Shown here: one piece after another, positions 1 to 50,657 of the stretch
Layout: every line of letters starts with the position of its first letter
Numbering within the stretch: position 1 is the first letter of the stretch
Source of the DNA: Octopus bimaculoides
Taxonomy: Eukaryota
Length of the DNA stretch: 64,000 nt
Direction: 5' to 3'
Assembly: GCF_001194135.2 (NCBI RefSeq)
Contig: NC_068982.1
Span: forward strand, 179,713,071 to 179,777,070
The notes under the pieces: generated by a model
What the model was told of the DNA's origin: nothing
Databases searched by the model: none
What the model saw: only the letters and a program-made list of their open reading frames with translations
Position numbers and translations under genes: made by a program

Positions 1-31
<31 letters not shown>

Positions 32-1264
32 TATACTTGCTGTATTATAATCCTAATTTTAGTACAAAGGAAACTAATGTTACTTCATGAACACACTATT
101 TATTTTCCTATGTCCAAGTGGGTTCTTCATCAGCCACTTCTTAAATCACGATTTGTCACGACTTGTGTGTTGCTTATTTTTATCACAACTTTAACCATTA
201 TCAATCTTTCCAGCAGAATAACTCTCACAAAACTCATTTTCCCACAGTGTCAAATAAAGGAAAAAGAAAATTTTTTTTTTTTAATTCTGGCCTCGCAGGG
301 TAGTGAGTTGGCAGAGTAGCTAGAGTTGGACAAAATGTCTTGTCGTATATAGTCATAGCCTCTACATTTTGGGTTCAAATCTTGCTGAGGCCAATTCTGG
401 AAGAACCCAGTATAATCATTAAAGCCCCCACACCAATTGCAGACTTTTAGCTTGCGTTAGAAGCAATTATCAGCATAGTTAATGGTTCACATATATTATC
501 TTACACAAATAAAGAACATTTTTGGAGATATCAGAAATAAAATGAGAATTCCACTACGGACCAATATAGTATTTGATCAAATTACTAGTGACCACTGTAG
601 TCAACATACTGTTCACAATGAAATGAAACTGATTCAGTTCAGTAAATTACACTTTGGTGACTGTGACAAGATAGTCAAATCCCCAAATCTTTCAAGTCAA
701 ACAATTTTCCTTATTTTAAGCTTGCTTGGGTCACAATATGCCCCATTTCTACTGTTTGTGGTCAAATGAAGAGACCGTTGAGATTACTGGATACTCAACC
801 AACTTCATATTCCTTCCTTATATGATACAAATAAAATAAGACTTATAAAATTGGAAAGAACTGGATAAAAATTTTGAGGGCAAAACACGTCATTTTTGCT
901 GAGTAATTAATTTACTCCTCAAATTGGTACAATTGTTAACACTTAACTAAATGTAGAAGTGCAATAGAATTCATTTAAAATATGAATGTTTCTAACAGTG
1001 ACCAAGCATTAACTAAACTGTAAATATATATTTTGTAAATGAAACATATATTTACAAGGAGTGGAAGCTAACAGAAGAAAAAAAGAAAATGATTGTTTAG
1101 TAAGTAAAAGCAGTTACAATGTAAGAATAGTAGAAGTGGTGGTGGTAGTGGTGGCAGCAGTGACAAGGATAAGAGACCCACAGGAAAGTAGTTCAGTTAA
1201 TAAGGACTGGATGAAAAGGCAGGTAAAACTATTTAGCTATTTCTATACAAAGACAATCCCAGAA

Positions 1265-1282
1265 GAAAGTGAAAGTGAAAGT

Positions 1283-1318
<36 letters not shown>

Positions 1319-1325
1319 AAGAGAA
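1265..1325. repeat. (GAAAGT)3 + (GA)n compound microsatellite
   Basis: Read directly; a CU-rich tract on the CELF sense strand about 130 nt downstream of exon 9. Confidence 0.95.
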
Positions 1326-1457
1326 AAGGGGGGAATGTGTAAAGATTGCAGTGATGAGGACAGCTGCATAACATGAGCATGGCCAAACCAAACCCAAAGC
1401 ATTCCACCATTGCTGGTCAAATCAATGCAAACCAGTTAAGATGAAGGTTTTAAGTAC

Positions 1458-39370
<37,913 letters not shown>

Positions 39371-42143
39371 GTTTCTGAGACATACAAAAAAAAAAAACAT
39401 GGCTTAAGAACATTAAAAACACATTCATTTTGATTATCGGAAAAAACAGTTGTGTTGTTATTTAAGATTGTGCTCAAAGTTTGTCGCATGATTTATATTT
39501 ATAGGTGGTTGTCTTTTTTTTTTTTCATGTACTTCATACTAGAGTTAAGCATTTTTATTTATAGTGTATAAAAACAAAACAATTTGCGGAGAATGTCACA
39601 GAAAATATTGTAGCAATGTCATTCCGTTCTCCATACTGAGATTAAATGGTATCTTCTCTTGCAGAATACCTAAGAATGCTAAAATGATACCATTCCTGAG
39701 ATATATTATCAATACACACACTATCTTTCAAGGTGAAGTTCTACATTTCCAATGGTTGAAAGATTAGGAGTAAAAAAACAAAACTTTTCTCAAGTATTGT
39801 TTTAAACCTAAAGAAAATCTTGTAAGCAGAGTACTGAGTAAAAGAACAGCTTTGATTTGCAATATAACGATTTTTCACAAGAAGCTAAAATGTGAGCTAA
39901 AACCAACTGGTATATTTCATTTTTAGGCTCCTGGCTAAATATTAATTTATTGTAATGAATCTAAACTATCAAAGAGATTTGTCATGCAAAAGGAATCCAT
40001 AATAGAAAATTCTAAAACAGTCAATATTTTTTCTGCAAAAAAACTAAGGAATGTTATAATTACAAAGAGAGAATTCAAAACAGAACAGATTCTTTCAATA
40101 ATAATATTGATTATATTTATTTAAATATTTTAAATTTAATTATTCATAAGACTTTTTTTATTAATTACTAAAATGAATTTTTTTTTTCTAAATATAATAT
40201 GCTTGTAAATGTATTGAAAAAATCTATTAGGAGAACTTATTGGGTAGTGTAGCAGTCAAACTCGATACAAACTGAGATGCTTGTGGTTTATCTACTAGCA
40301 GCAGCAATGTCTATAGTTAGGACATAGTCAACATAACTGTAAACAGGTACCACTTAAGAACATGATGCTGAAAGCGATTCCAGCACAATAAGTTGAAATA
40401 GGGGTTCTATGTTCTGTTGGCAAGTACTAGTGACTAAACTTCAACTTAACACCACTGGCTATACAATCTCACAGGAAAATACTTAGTGGTGTTTTTTTTT
40501 TTTTTTTTCTTAATCACTGCCATTCTCCAAGCAAGGTTTCAAGTACTTTAGGTCAGTTGTACCAGTACATGTTAGATCATGTAACCAATATTTCTTGCCA
40601 TCTAATGAATTGTTATTCACATTTTTTCTCAACAAGATGTAAACATAGCTATATTCAACATGGTGCAAATAGCAGTAAGGTAAAATGTCAGATCTGTTCT
40701 TTTAATTCCTCGTTTGCATATTGTTGTACATTAAATAACAATAATCTAATAATGGAAGTTATTTTGGGATACTTAGACAAGATGAAATAGATTTCAAATC
40801 AATTGACATACAATGAGAGCACAACATTAAATTTACAATGATGTAATATTGACTAATTGTTCCATTAACTAATTACATATTGCAACTCATAATATGGAAG
40901 AAAGCTGTTTCACAAAATCATGATTATACAACTTCAACAAAATGTGAATGTTAGTTCATATTGGTTTGAGAGGCAAAGTTCTGGCAGATGATTTTTATAA
41001 GCAGTGAACATACAGAAAACAATTGAACTGATAAAAATTAGCAACTCATGCAAACTAAATACCCAGCAAGTCATCATGATAATTACAAATATTCAACCTT
41101 CTGCAGAACAAACAAACTGCTTGGCATAAGGCTGCACATGAAATCAAAGTGCAGTAGCTTTTTTCCTAGTTATACTATTTCTGATTAAAAACACTATGTA
41201 AAAATAAGCTGTATCAACTTGCATTTTTGTCTGAAAGATGTGAATTCTTTATCTTATCAAAGAAATATGCACTGAATGATAAATTAGAATAAATTATTAT
41301 CATCATCATCATTATTATTATTATTATTATTATTATGCCACTGAGGTCAACATTGCCTTTCATCCTTCTAGGTTTATAAAATAAGACATCAATTACCTCT
41401 TCCTCTCAAAGTAGACCAATCAGTTTATCATTCCTCATCCTGTTAACAATCGCTAGGCTCAGGATATTTTAAAGCTAGGATATTTACTCTGACCCCACAC
41501 CCAAATCAAAAATGATAAGATAGTATACAATGGTTACTTTGAGAAAACAACCTTCCACAGCCATTTTACATGACATTATTAAGTGAATCAAGATTACATA
41601 CAATTACCAATGACTTCCCTAAGTATTAATCTGGATAAATATAAAGACTAAACTACTGAATGTAATATATCACAAATGAAACGAAGCAGTCACAACTGGA
41701 ATGTGACACACAAATATCTTTAAAACATGCAAACACTACAAGCTATAACTAAACTGACAGTAAAAACCTTATAAAGCACTGTTCAACAAGGTTTGGACAG
41801 AAATACATAGATACATATTACAAAAAAAAAAAAATCAACAGCAGTTAGCAGTAACTACAAGACAGGAATTAACTTCATTATCCCACTTCTCTACATCATN
41901 NNNNNNNNNGGGGGGGGGGGGGTCTGATTTAAGGAGCATTTTTACTGCCTTTAACATAGAACACCACATATTCGAAATTCCTAAAAACTATTCAATATTG
42001 TTATGGGAGTTCATTTAGTATTCTTAGAATTAGGATGCTATTTTTTTCATATTTCCGCAATATTCAAGCTTTTTGAAAACAAATTATATAAAATTATAAG
42101 ATCCAGAATGGTTTTCAAATGCTGCAAATAAAACGATGTAAAC

Positions 42144-42395
42144 CAGTGGTTTTGAATCATGTTTTGCCTAAGGACCCCTGTGATTCCTATTTTACACAGG
42201 TGGACCCCCATAGCTATTCAACATAAAAAAAAAAAACCTATTACATTTTTGTAATATTATTAGGAATAACATAAAAAAACTGTTTAAAATATTCTGTGTA
42301 TTGTAGAAGTGTAATCATTATATATTACACATGAATTTTAACAAAATCTTATATGGATCCCCAATGGCCATATGGACCCTGGTTGAGAACCACTG
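42144..42395. mobile_element. hAT-Charlie-type MITE (252 bp)
   Basis: TIRs cagtggttttgaatc / ggttgagaaccactg (12/15); 8-bp TSD ATGTAAAC (42136-42143) / ATGTAAAT (42396-42403); AT-rich non-coding interior. Confidence 0.85.
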
Positions 42396-42936
42396 ATGTA
42401 AATACTGTTGCACAGCAGAAATGGAAGTCATGATTTCCAGAGAATAGATGAGTAAATTTTTCCTATCTCTCTCGCAAATTTTATGAAACTAGACCCAATT
42501 AATCATCCCTCCTCATGACCTAAAACCCACTGATTTTTTATTTTAATTCAAATGTTCCATATATTAACTGTGGAGACTAATTGCTAAGCAACATGTAAAT
42601 AAGGGAAAAGGAGTGGATACACTTGATAAGATTAGTGTATTTTGTCATAAATGTAATAGCTAATAATTTATGGCGTTATGTAAACAATTTTATTTCACTC
42701 CTGAAACAACTGTGCTTCTAAGACCATTTTAAATATAGCTGAAGGGATAAGTCTAAATTAACAAATAATTTAGAATTTAATTGAAAACAATATTTTATTT
42801 AGATAGTGTAACTGAAAAGGAAAATATAATGATGTGGTTCATTCATTGTCTACATTTCTGAAATTTGAAATGCTTCATTTGTCTTAAGCTACAAGTATTT
42901 ATATAGATTGTTTTGTGGTTTCAGGATATTGGTTAC

Positions 42937-43408
42937 AAATTCGGTGTCTGGCACCCGTGGCAGTGGAGCGCTAAGAGCACCATCCAAGTGTGATCGCTGC
43001 CAGAGCAGCTGACTGGCTTCCGTGCCGGTGGCACATAAAAGCCACCATTCGAACGTGTTCGTTACCAACGTCGCCTTACTGGCACTTGTGCCAGTGGCAT
43101 GTGAAAAAACATTCGAGCAAGGTCGTTGCAAGTGCCACTAGACTGGCTCCTGTGCAGGTGACACGTAAAATACACCACTTGCGCCTGGCCGTTGCCAGTA
43201 CTGCCTGACTGGCCTCGTGCTGGTGGCACATAAAAGCACCCACTACACTCTCAGAGTGGTTGGTGTTAGGAAGGGCATCCATCTGTAGAAATTCTGCCAA
43301 ATCAGATTGGAGCCTAGTGCAGCCATCTGGTTCGCCAGTCCTCAGTCAAATCGTCCAACCCATGCTAGCATGGAAAGTGGATGTTAAACGATGATGATGA
43401 TGATGATG
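42937..43408 (+). mobile_element. Young (ATG)n-tailed retroelement copy
   Basis: Same 3' end and tail, with about five internal repeat units. Confidence 0.9.
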
Positions 43409-44833
43409 GTCCTTTTCTTTTCAGGCTGGTATGATATATTTGTAATACAGAATCTTTATAGATGTATTGACAGATCAATTTACGAGAGGCTCAGTACTTG
43501 AATTTCAGATTTACCACTATCTTAAATATTACTCCAGCATCAATTCACAGTATTCATTTTATTCGACAGATCCTTTCCTCCAATAATACCAGTAAACTTC
43601 ACTATCAATTTCTCCTGTTGCATAAGTAATTACTAATAGAAATTCAACTGTACTGCAAAGAGAAATGTTAACATTGCCTAGTTGTATATGAATAGAGAAA
43701 GTCAGCTGCTAATTCATGAAGTATTCAAATGAAAACGGTGGTAAAGACAGCATATTCAAGAAGAAAGTCACAATAAGGAGTTGTATTTTAAAGAAATATT
43801 GTTAGTGAATCTAATGAGGTGCACCACAACTACTAGCTTCCTAAATGACAAAAAAAAAGTAAAGACAATAGCAGGTTTGATAGCTTTGTTGAGAGTCAGT
43901 CAGGCTGATGATACCAGATTTGAATGCAGAAATAACTATAGATATGACACAGTTGAAGTTTGACAAACTGCAATTAAACATACTTAACAGAAAGGAAGTT
44001 TTCTAAGTAAATTTTACATTAAGAACAGTAAGAAAAATAGATTTCACTTAGTGGTAGTTTAAAGAGAGAAAACATTAAAAAAAAAATCAAATAAATTAAA
44101 ATTCTTTTTTCATCCACTGAGAAGAGAAACTGAGATTTGATAAACAATGACATCAGCTAATACAACTAGCTGACAGAAAAGCCATTCATGATATAAAGAG
44201 AATGGATCAATTAGTGATTGATAGTATTAAGTAGATAATTGATGCAGGTCTTTACATCTACAGAAACACACACACACAGTGTCTTCATTTACACTGGTTT
44301 GTTTTATTTTCTTATTAGACCCCAGTATAATACTGGGCTCCACTTTAACCCAAATTATAGATATTTATGTTATTGAATTTCTCATTTATACACAAGTAAA
44401 TAGGGCATATTAAAATGTTACCCATCGTATGACAAGTAACTTTAGAAGTATAATTTTTGCCACCATATGTAATTTGATAAGCACTGTATGTCTGCATTAT
44501 TTCCTGATATTACCCATGATGGTAAAAGGGTATTAATATAACTGTATTTTGAACAGTTTGCTAGAAATTCTCAAGTTGGTGAATACTCCAGTGATTAACA
44601 CAGAAAACTTACAACGCTAACGACCAGCTTGTTTAAAAAACAAAAAAAAAGCATCTACAGAAAATATTCATTACAATAAATATTAAAGATTGAAGAAACT
44701 TTTTCAGCAGCAGCCAACTATCATTTACTCCTCCTCCTCTTCCACTATGAGTCCTTCACTAAATGTGTGCATGCAATGAAGCTTAATAGGAGCAACTATC
44801 CAATATCTCATATTAACTGTATATAATGTAAAT

Positions 44834-45060
44834 CATGACTGGAGAAATCAGAGCGTTGACTGAACACTATTCAATTTTTTTTCTCCATGTTTTTCTCCTT
44901 GTCTCCGTATTCTTTCTGTTGAAGAGCGTAGCTCGAAACGTCAAAGACTTTCCGTATTCCCGAGCGTCATACTAATACATCCTTTTGTTATTTACACCAC
45001 CTGTCCTCGTCTGTTGTTGTTTTTTCGTACATTCTCCCATATATATATATATATATATAT
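44834..45060 (+). mobile_element. Penelope-like short (non-coding) element end carrying the hammerhead motif and ending in (TA)n
   Basis: CpG-rich segment with a pyrimidine-rich leader, the hammerhead core, a ~97-nt trailer and then (TA)n at 45039-45060. A sister copy with the same layout lies at 48160-48420. The Penelope assignment is inferred from the known association of this hammerhead architecture with Penelope-like elements. Confidence 0.55.
44911..44947 (+). ncRNA. Minimal type I hammerhead-ribozyme-like motif (A6U core variant)
   Basis: UCUUU-CUGUUGA-A-GAGC-GUA-GCUC-GAA-ACGU-C-AAAGA: 5-bp stem I, 4-bp stem II and a palindromic ACGU in place of helix III. The predicted cleavage site is after 44942. 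Activity is untested. Confidence 0.65.
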
Positions 45061-45839
45061 CAGCCTATTAGCACACACATATATATAAGGAAACCATGCC
45101 AAAGCAGACGTTAGATCTCAATGCAGCCCTGCAGCTCACCAGATCCTGTCAAACCCATGTCAACATAGAATACGACCATTAAATGATGATTGATATATCA
45201 ACAACTTCCCTTATACACAATATCTCATAACAAGTGTCAATGAAAGCAGTTACAACAAAAAAAACTTCATTCCAAAAGGTGAGTCCTCTTTTCTGAAAAA
45301 AGATTTTCTTTTATTATTCGATAACTTTTAAGAATATCTTTCTTGTAAATGTGACTGTGTCAAGTACTTTTTGCAAATTTTAAATATTTAGTTCAACAAA
45401 AGGTTCATTTCAAAATAGGTGTGAATACCACCTAAATTTTCTTCAGACTTATCCTAAGTTCAAATGCAGTAGAGGAAAAGAGGTTCACATTTCTATCCAC
45501 AGTGTCAAACACTTTTGTTAGATCACTGAAAGCCAAATAAACAGGAAGTCACTGCTCTAGGCACTTCTCTTACAAGTGTCTTACTGTACATACATTTATA
45601 TACACAAGTACACAATATGTACATAAGAAGTTCGTTTCCCAACCACATGGTTTCAGATTCAGCCTCACCTCATGATACCATAGACAATATAGCCCCAGAC
45701 CAGCCAAAGCTCTAAATGGACTTGAGAGATGGAAACTAAAGGAAGACCATCATATGTGAATGTGTAATACATAGGAAATCTGCTTCAATGAATAACCATA
45801 TATAAACAAATACAGATGATTTATGAGAAAACATGTTAG

Positions 45840-46625
45840 TCCACATCATCCCTCACCAGGCTTATGTATAACAGAGTGCAACTGGTCTATCCCCATTACT
45901 TTCGCTAGGCCTAAGTACAAGAGACTGTATTGAGTCATATCGATAATTCTTCCTCTCGACTGCATCTTTCTTACCGTCTCTGCTCTTCTACCTGCACACT
46001 CTCCCTTCCTAAGGTTACTTCTGTTATACCTTCACTGAATCTTTATCTTATCCTACCCACTTTTACTTCATACTACTGATCCTTTCTTCCAATCAGGCCC
46101 TTCTAACATCAGCACTCTCTCTTCTAACTCCTTCCTCGGTCATCTGGGCTTATGTAAAAACACTAGATTATTTACTTGTGGTACTTACTCTTACCCACAA
46201 CTAGCTTCATTCTCCCGCTTTGATATACAGGTCTCAGCACTGAATACTTTCTACACTATCATGTGTACAAGACATGACACTTCATGTAAAGGTGCCAGCC
46301 AAGGACTAATGTTCTGGAAAGTGATGGGTAAATGAGACAACCTAGTACTGATGCCAGAAAATGTCCTCAGCATACCGTGTAAACATGGGTGTTAAATTGA
46401 GCAGAAGGTTTTGAGTTCCCTATATTCAACCTACTTACTATTATTGCGATAAAAAATACACCCAGTACACCCCATAAAGTGTTTGGTGATAGGGCAACCA
46501 GCTGTAGAAACCAAGCAATGATGTTGGAGCATCAGTCAGCAATTACCAATAGGAGATTAATCGAACTGTGATGGCCTGTCCAACATGTGCCAGCATAGAG
46601 GACTTAAAAATGACGATGATAATCT
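45840..46625 (+). mobile_element. Older C/T-rich-body element with degenerate shared tail
   Basis: Pyrimidine-rich body, then ...agggcaaccagctgtagaaacc...tgtccaacatgtgccagcatagagg...aaatgacgatga. Similar relics at 32630-33095 (+) and 47400-48020 (-). Confidence 0.5.
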
Positions 46626-48147
46626 ATGATTACAAGATTATCACATTGTTTATTGTTTAAAATAAAAATGAACACGATGAGAAAATAAGGTCACTGTACA
46701 TCATTGGGATATAGTAATGTATGCTTGTACAACTTGAATGCCACTCTCTAAGCTTTCATAATTAAATATTCAGAGACAAGAGCCAAACAATAGAAAACCA
46801 CTTCAGCTGCATAATTCATATCACAGGCCTTTCTACAAGACTTTCCAATAACAGGAAATCTAGCTGGTAGTGGTTGAGTATCCTTTCTCCAAGTAGTTTT
46901 ACTGCAGATGCAAACACAAATCACAAATATGGTTTTTTTTTATACCTTCATATGTGTATGTACACACACACACACACACACAAATAGAAGTCTTCTGAGA
47001 GTTTTCTATATCCTACACTTTGTCAGTTAAGACTAGAGAGCAACTATCTATTCATGAGGTGAGTTATCCTGTACCTGATATTTAAGTGCTAGCAAGAGTA
47101 TTTTTTAAGTGCCAACATCACATACATTGTAGTGACCTATTCCTAAGACAGCTGATGACTAAGCTGGGTTCCTATCAACCCTCCTCGCCACTACTACGGT
47201 AGCCACATGGGAGTTACTGGTTTAGTCAACAAACCAACCATGTAGCATGTACTGAGTAACAGCAGGCATGTGTGGAATGGGGTGAGGGATTGATCATTTT
47301 ATATCACTTTCCATGTTGACATGGAGAATGCAGGTTGTAACATGTCATTTCTTATTAACGATTAGTACCTTCTAAGACAGGTTGGAAGACAATATCATAC
47401 TCGTGTTTCACTTTCCACTTCAGTTCTCTGGCTGGCTGCCATTCCTAACAACCACTTTACAAAGCATACTGGATGCATTTTATTGTAGTATCAGCACAGA
47501 AGTTGTCAAGTTTTTGACAAGACTAAAAGATGCTCTCAACTCTGTTATCCCATCTCATTCACAAACAACATTACAGACAGTACTGGGTGCATTTTGTGGC
47601 ATCAGCAACCCCAAGAGAGTGGATAGGGTTGTACCTTACTACTGAACATTGGTCTCTGGTCACTCAAAGCAATGTGACCAAGAGGATAGTGACAGCTGAA
47701 CTATGGTGAAGTGGATGAAGAAGCAAGAGTATGGTGGAAGGGGAGAAAAGTGAAAGGGTGGTAAATAAAGGAGTAATGGAAAAGACAATACAAGACAAGT
47801 AAAACAGACAGTAACAGAAAGGGGTAATGATGGCCACAATAGGCTTGTAAGATAACCATAGAGAGGGGTGATGGAAAAACAGAGTGATGGATGTCAATAA
47901 CTAGCCTATAGGAGAGTAACTGATGGCTAGCTATACAGAAGGATGAAAGAATAAAGACCTCCTTGCTATCCAATTATTATGATGAGAGAGATGGTAGAGG
48001 GCATTTGACTACAGACAAATCCAAAACAACCTGTCATTATCCTAAAAGCAGAGTAGAGAGAATAGGAAAATACCGTGAGACAGAGATGAGTGAGAGAGAA
48101 CAGCAGATGTAGGCATCACACAAAGATTAATGTACAAGTGCCCAAAC

Positions 48148-48159
<12 letters not shown>

Positions 48160-48207
<48 letters not shown>

Positions 48208-48420
48208 GATCCAAACATGAACAAGCAAGAAAAAACAACGTGAGGTCATAGAATAAGTGCAGTGTTACTGGATGATCAGGAAAGGAAAGAAAAGAGGATT
48301 TCATGTTTTGAGCAGGGCTCTTCACCAGAAATATAGAAAAAGTCCAAAGAAGGGAAGACGGAGAAAGTAAATCGCCAATGATATACATGCGGTTCACTAT
48401 ATTCACTTCAATGCTTGGAT
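48160..48420 (-). mobile_element. Diverged sister of the 44.8-kb element with a decayed hammerhead core (48298-48332)
   Basis: The minus strand reads AUUU-CUGGUGA-A-GAGC-CCU-GCUC-AAAACAUG-AAAU. The equivalent cleavage position lies 98 nt from (TA)n at 48160-48204. The trailer TCCTGATCATCCAGTAACAC resembles TCCCGAGCGTCATACTAATAC of the plus copy. Confidence 0.55.
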
Positions 48421-48969
48421 CACCATAGTTGTACAAGCAAGGCAAATGATCCCAGGCTATCTTCTTGGTGAGGCTCAGCCAGCACCTTGAGATCAGTCTT
48501 CACTACTTTATCCCATGTCTTCTAAGAATTGTTCCATACACTGAGTACTCAGCATTTTATATATCAGTTATTCTCCAAAATAATTACATGCCTGTACAAG
48601 TGCACACTTCTTCTCCAGACTACATCAAATTGTTTATCCTGTTTTTCCGTCATTTCATTTATGCTCTGCTATTCATGCACACTAACATTACATATTGTAA
48701 ACATGTTCATGTTAATTCTTTCTAGTCATTACAAAATCTTCAGCATTCAAGACTCATGTGTCATTACCATGGAATGTCCTACTTAGTAGAAACTCTTTGT
48801 TAACAGCTCAGTTAAATAACCTCCTGAACGTTTACCACGCACTACAATACTGCTAATATACATACTTCTACTGCTCAACAAGTCACCTCAATAACAAACA
48901 CATACAGCTACTACCATTAGTAAGGGCTCTGTCATTAATCATCTATTTTTGTGGTCTAATTATGTAGAG

Positions 48970-50508
48970 CAATGTTTCCTGATCTAGGGTCATGGCAGAG
49001 TTCAGTGGATCCACAAAAAAATTTGGGTAAAGGGTTAAGTTATATGCTAAATAAAGGGGGACACAAATACAACAGTTTATTCTTAAAATTTTCTACTACT
49101 GTAATTCTGTAAATTTACACACCCAAACCACTTTGTAAAGTGGCTGGCATTAAGAAGGACATCTAGCCATAAAAACCATGCCAAAACAGACCTCACTAGT
49201 ACTAGTACTATGTAAAAAACACTCAATCCACTCTAAGGTGGTTGTCATTAAAATGAGCATCCAACTGCAAAAACCATGCCAAAACAAGACACTGGAGCCT
49301 GGTGCAGTCTTCTGGCTTGCCAGTTCCTGTTAAACTGTCCAACCCAAGTCATCATGGAAAGTGGACATTAAATCGTTATGACAAATGCATTTTCTATATA
49401 TTGAGTTCCATCATGAGGAAAAAGCTGAACTCATTTGACACTTCATCGATATACAAATCTTTAAATTTACAAAGAGGCAACTAAAACTTTTCCTGAAAAG
49501 CTTCATCTATTCAAAATAGATATTGGGCATAAAGGGTTGATGCATTCTCAAGCCCTTGCCACTATTTAAGGGGCACTAAAAGAGGTTGATACTTTAGTGT
49601 ACATTGCACAATGATATAAAGATTAGATTTAAAGATCTCTAGGAAATGAACATTCCAAGTTGGATGGTAGATCCAGTTGAGACAAACACAGCCAATGCTG
49701 ATATCATGCTATTAGAAAGGTTTAAGTTGCTGGGTAATCCAACTGCTGAAGCTAAATTTAATCAGGACTCAACTTGTGAACAAGATTATATTTCATTGTA
49801 TTTCCTGCTCTCAAAAGCTTACAACTGTTTAGCAATTGTAAGCAGAAGTGATTTCTGTTGCTCTCAATCAGCCCATGTACCCACATAATAGAAAATATAT
49901 AAAACGGCATCAGCCATAAGGAGCCCCACTGAATAAATACAGTAAAAAGGTAATATTTTTCTTTTTCTTCTCAAAAAGTAACCATTGTTCAGAAGTTATT
50001 TCTGGGTATCAGCAGTTTTTTGTTATGCATGTTTTATATCAGAAAGAATAATGTATGATTTATAAATTGTTGTTCTATGGAAACCACTTTTTTTTCTTTT
50101 TAAGAGGCTAATAGAGAAGAATAAAAGTGCACTTAAAAGAACTGATTATTTTTATGAATTTTATTATGCTAATGGTAGGAAACAGACCACCTCTGAGAAA
50201 AAATTATTTTTCAAATGTTTATTATAAATATTTGTTCAAAAATTATTTTCAATGCAAATTATCAATTTTTAAATAACTCTCATGATAATAAAACAAATTT
50301 AAAACAATATTTAAATTTTCATTATTATGTGATGAATTTAACAAATATTTAACTTTTTCTTTTTTGAAAAGCAATCTGTTTCTATTAGCCATTCATTACA
50401 AAATAGAATTACTTTTTGTTGTAATAATATCTAGTGGGACCCACAGAAAATTTCAAGATTCTGGAAGTGGGCTGGGAAGAATGAGCTAAAAGAGGTAGGG
50501 AACCACTA
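48970..50508 (+). mobile_element. Decayed hAT-Charlie/Buster-like DNA transposon with 8-bp TSD, carrying a nested retroelement fragment
   Basis: Degenerate TIRs caatgtttcctgatct / aggtagggaaccacta flanked by ATGTAGAG (48962-48969) and ATATAGAG (50509-50516), a 7/8 match fitting the NTNTANAN hAT-Charlie target pattern. Internal transposase remnant; SINE-tail insertion at about 49120-49382. Confidence 0.75.
49385..49888 (+). pseudogene. Charlie/Buster-type hAT transposase C-terminal remnant
   Basis: Reads LHNDIKIRFKDL*EMNIPSWMVDPVETN...LLERFKLLGNPTAEAKFNQ, resembling the LH.D...RF.D...M.IP.W...PF segment of SCAND3/ZBED5-like transposases; contains stops and frameshifts. Confidence 0.65.
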
Positions 50509-50657
50509 ATATAGAGTAATAGATAGGTAATCCACTAGTGTTTTCTCACCAAGCTTTTGTGTGTCATAAACAGTGTGGTGCAATTGCATCTTTTTTAAGT
50601 GGATACTGATCCAGTGGGCAGTAAGTGTATTTGTGTTGCAAAAATTTACAACTTATA

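Noticed and set aside
39375-39400. Upstream in-frame ATG (MFFFFVCLRN...) in the ORF track
   Set aside because: The segment is a poly-T tract ending in a canonical CAG acceptor, so it is intron sequence.
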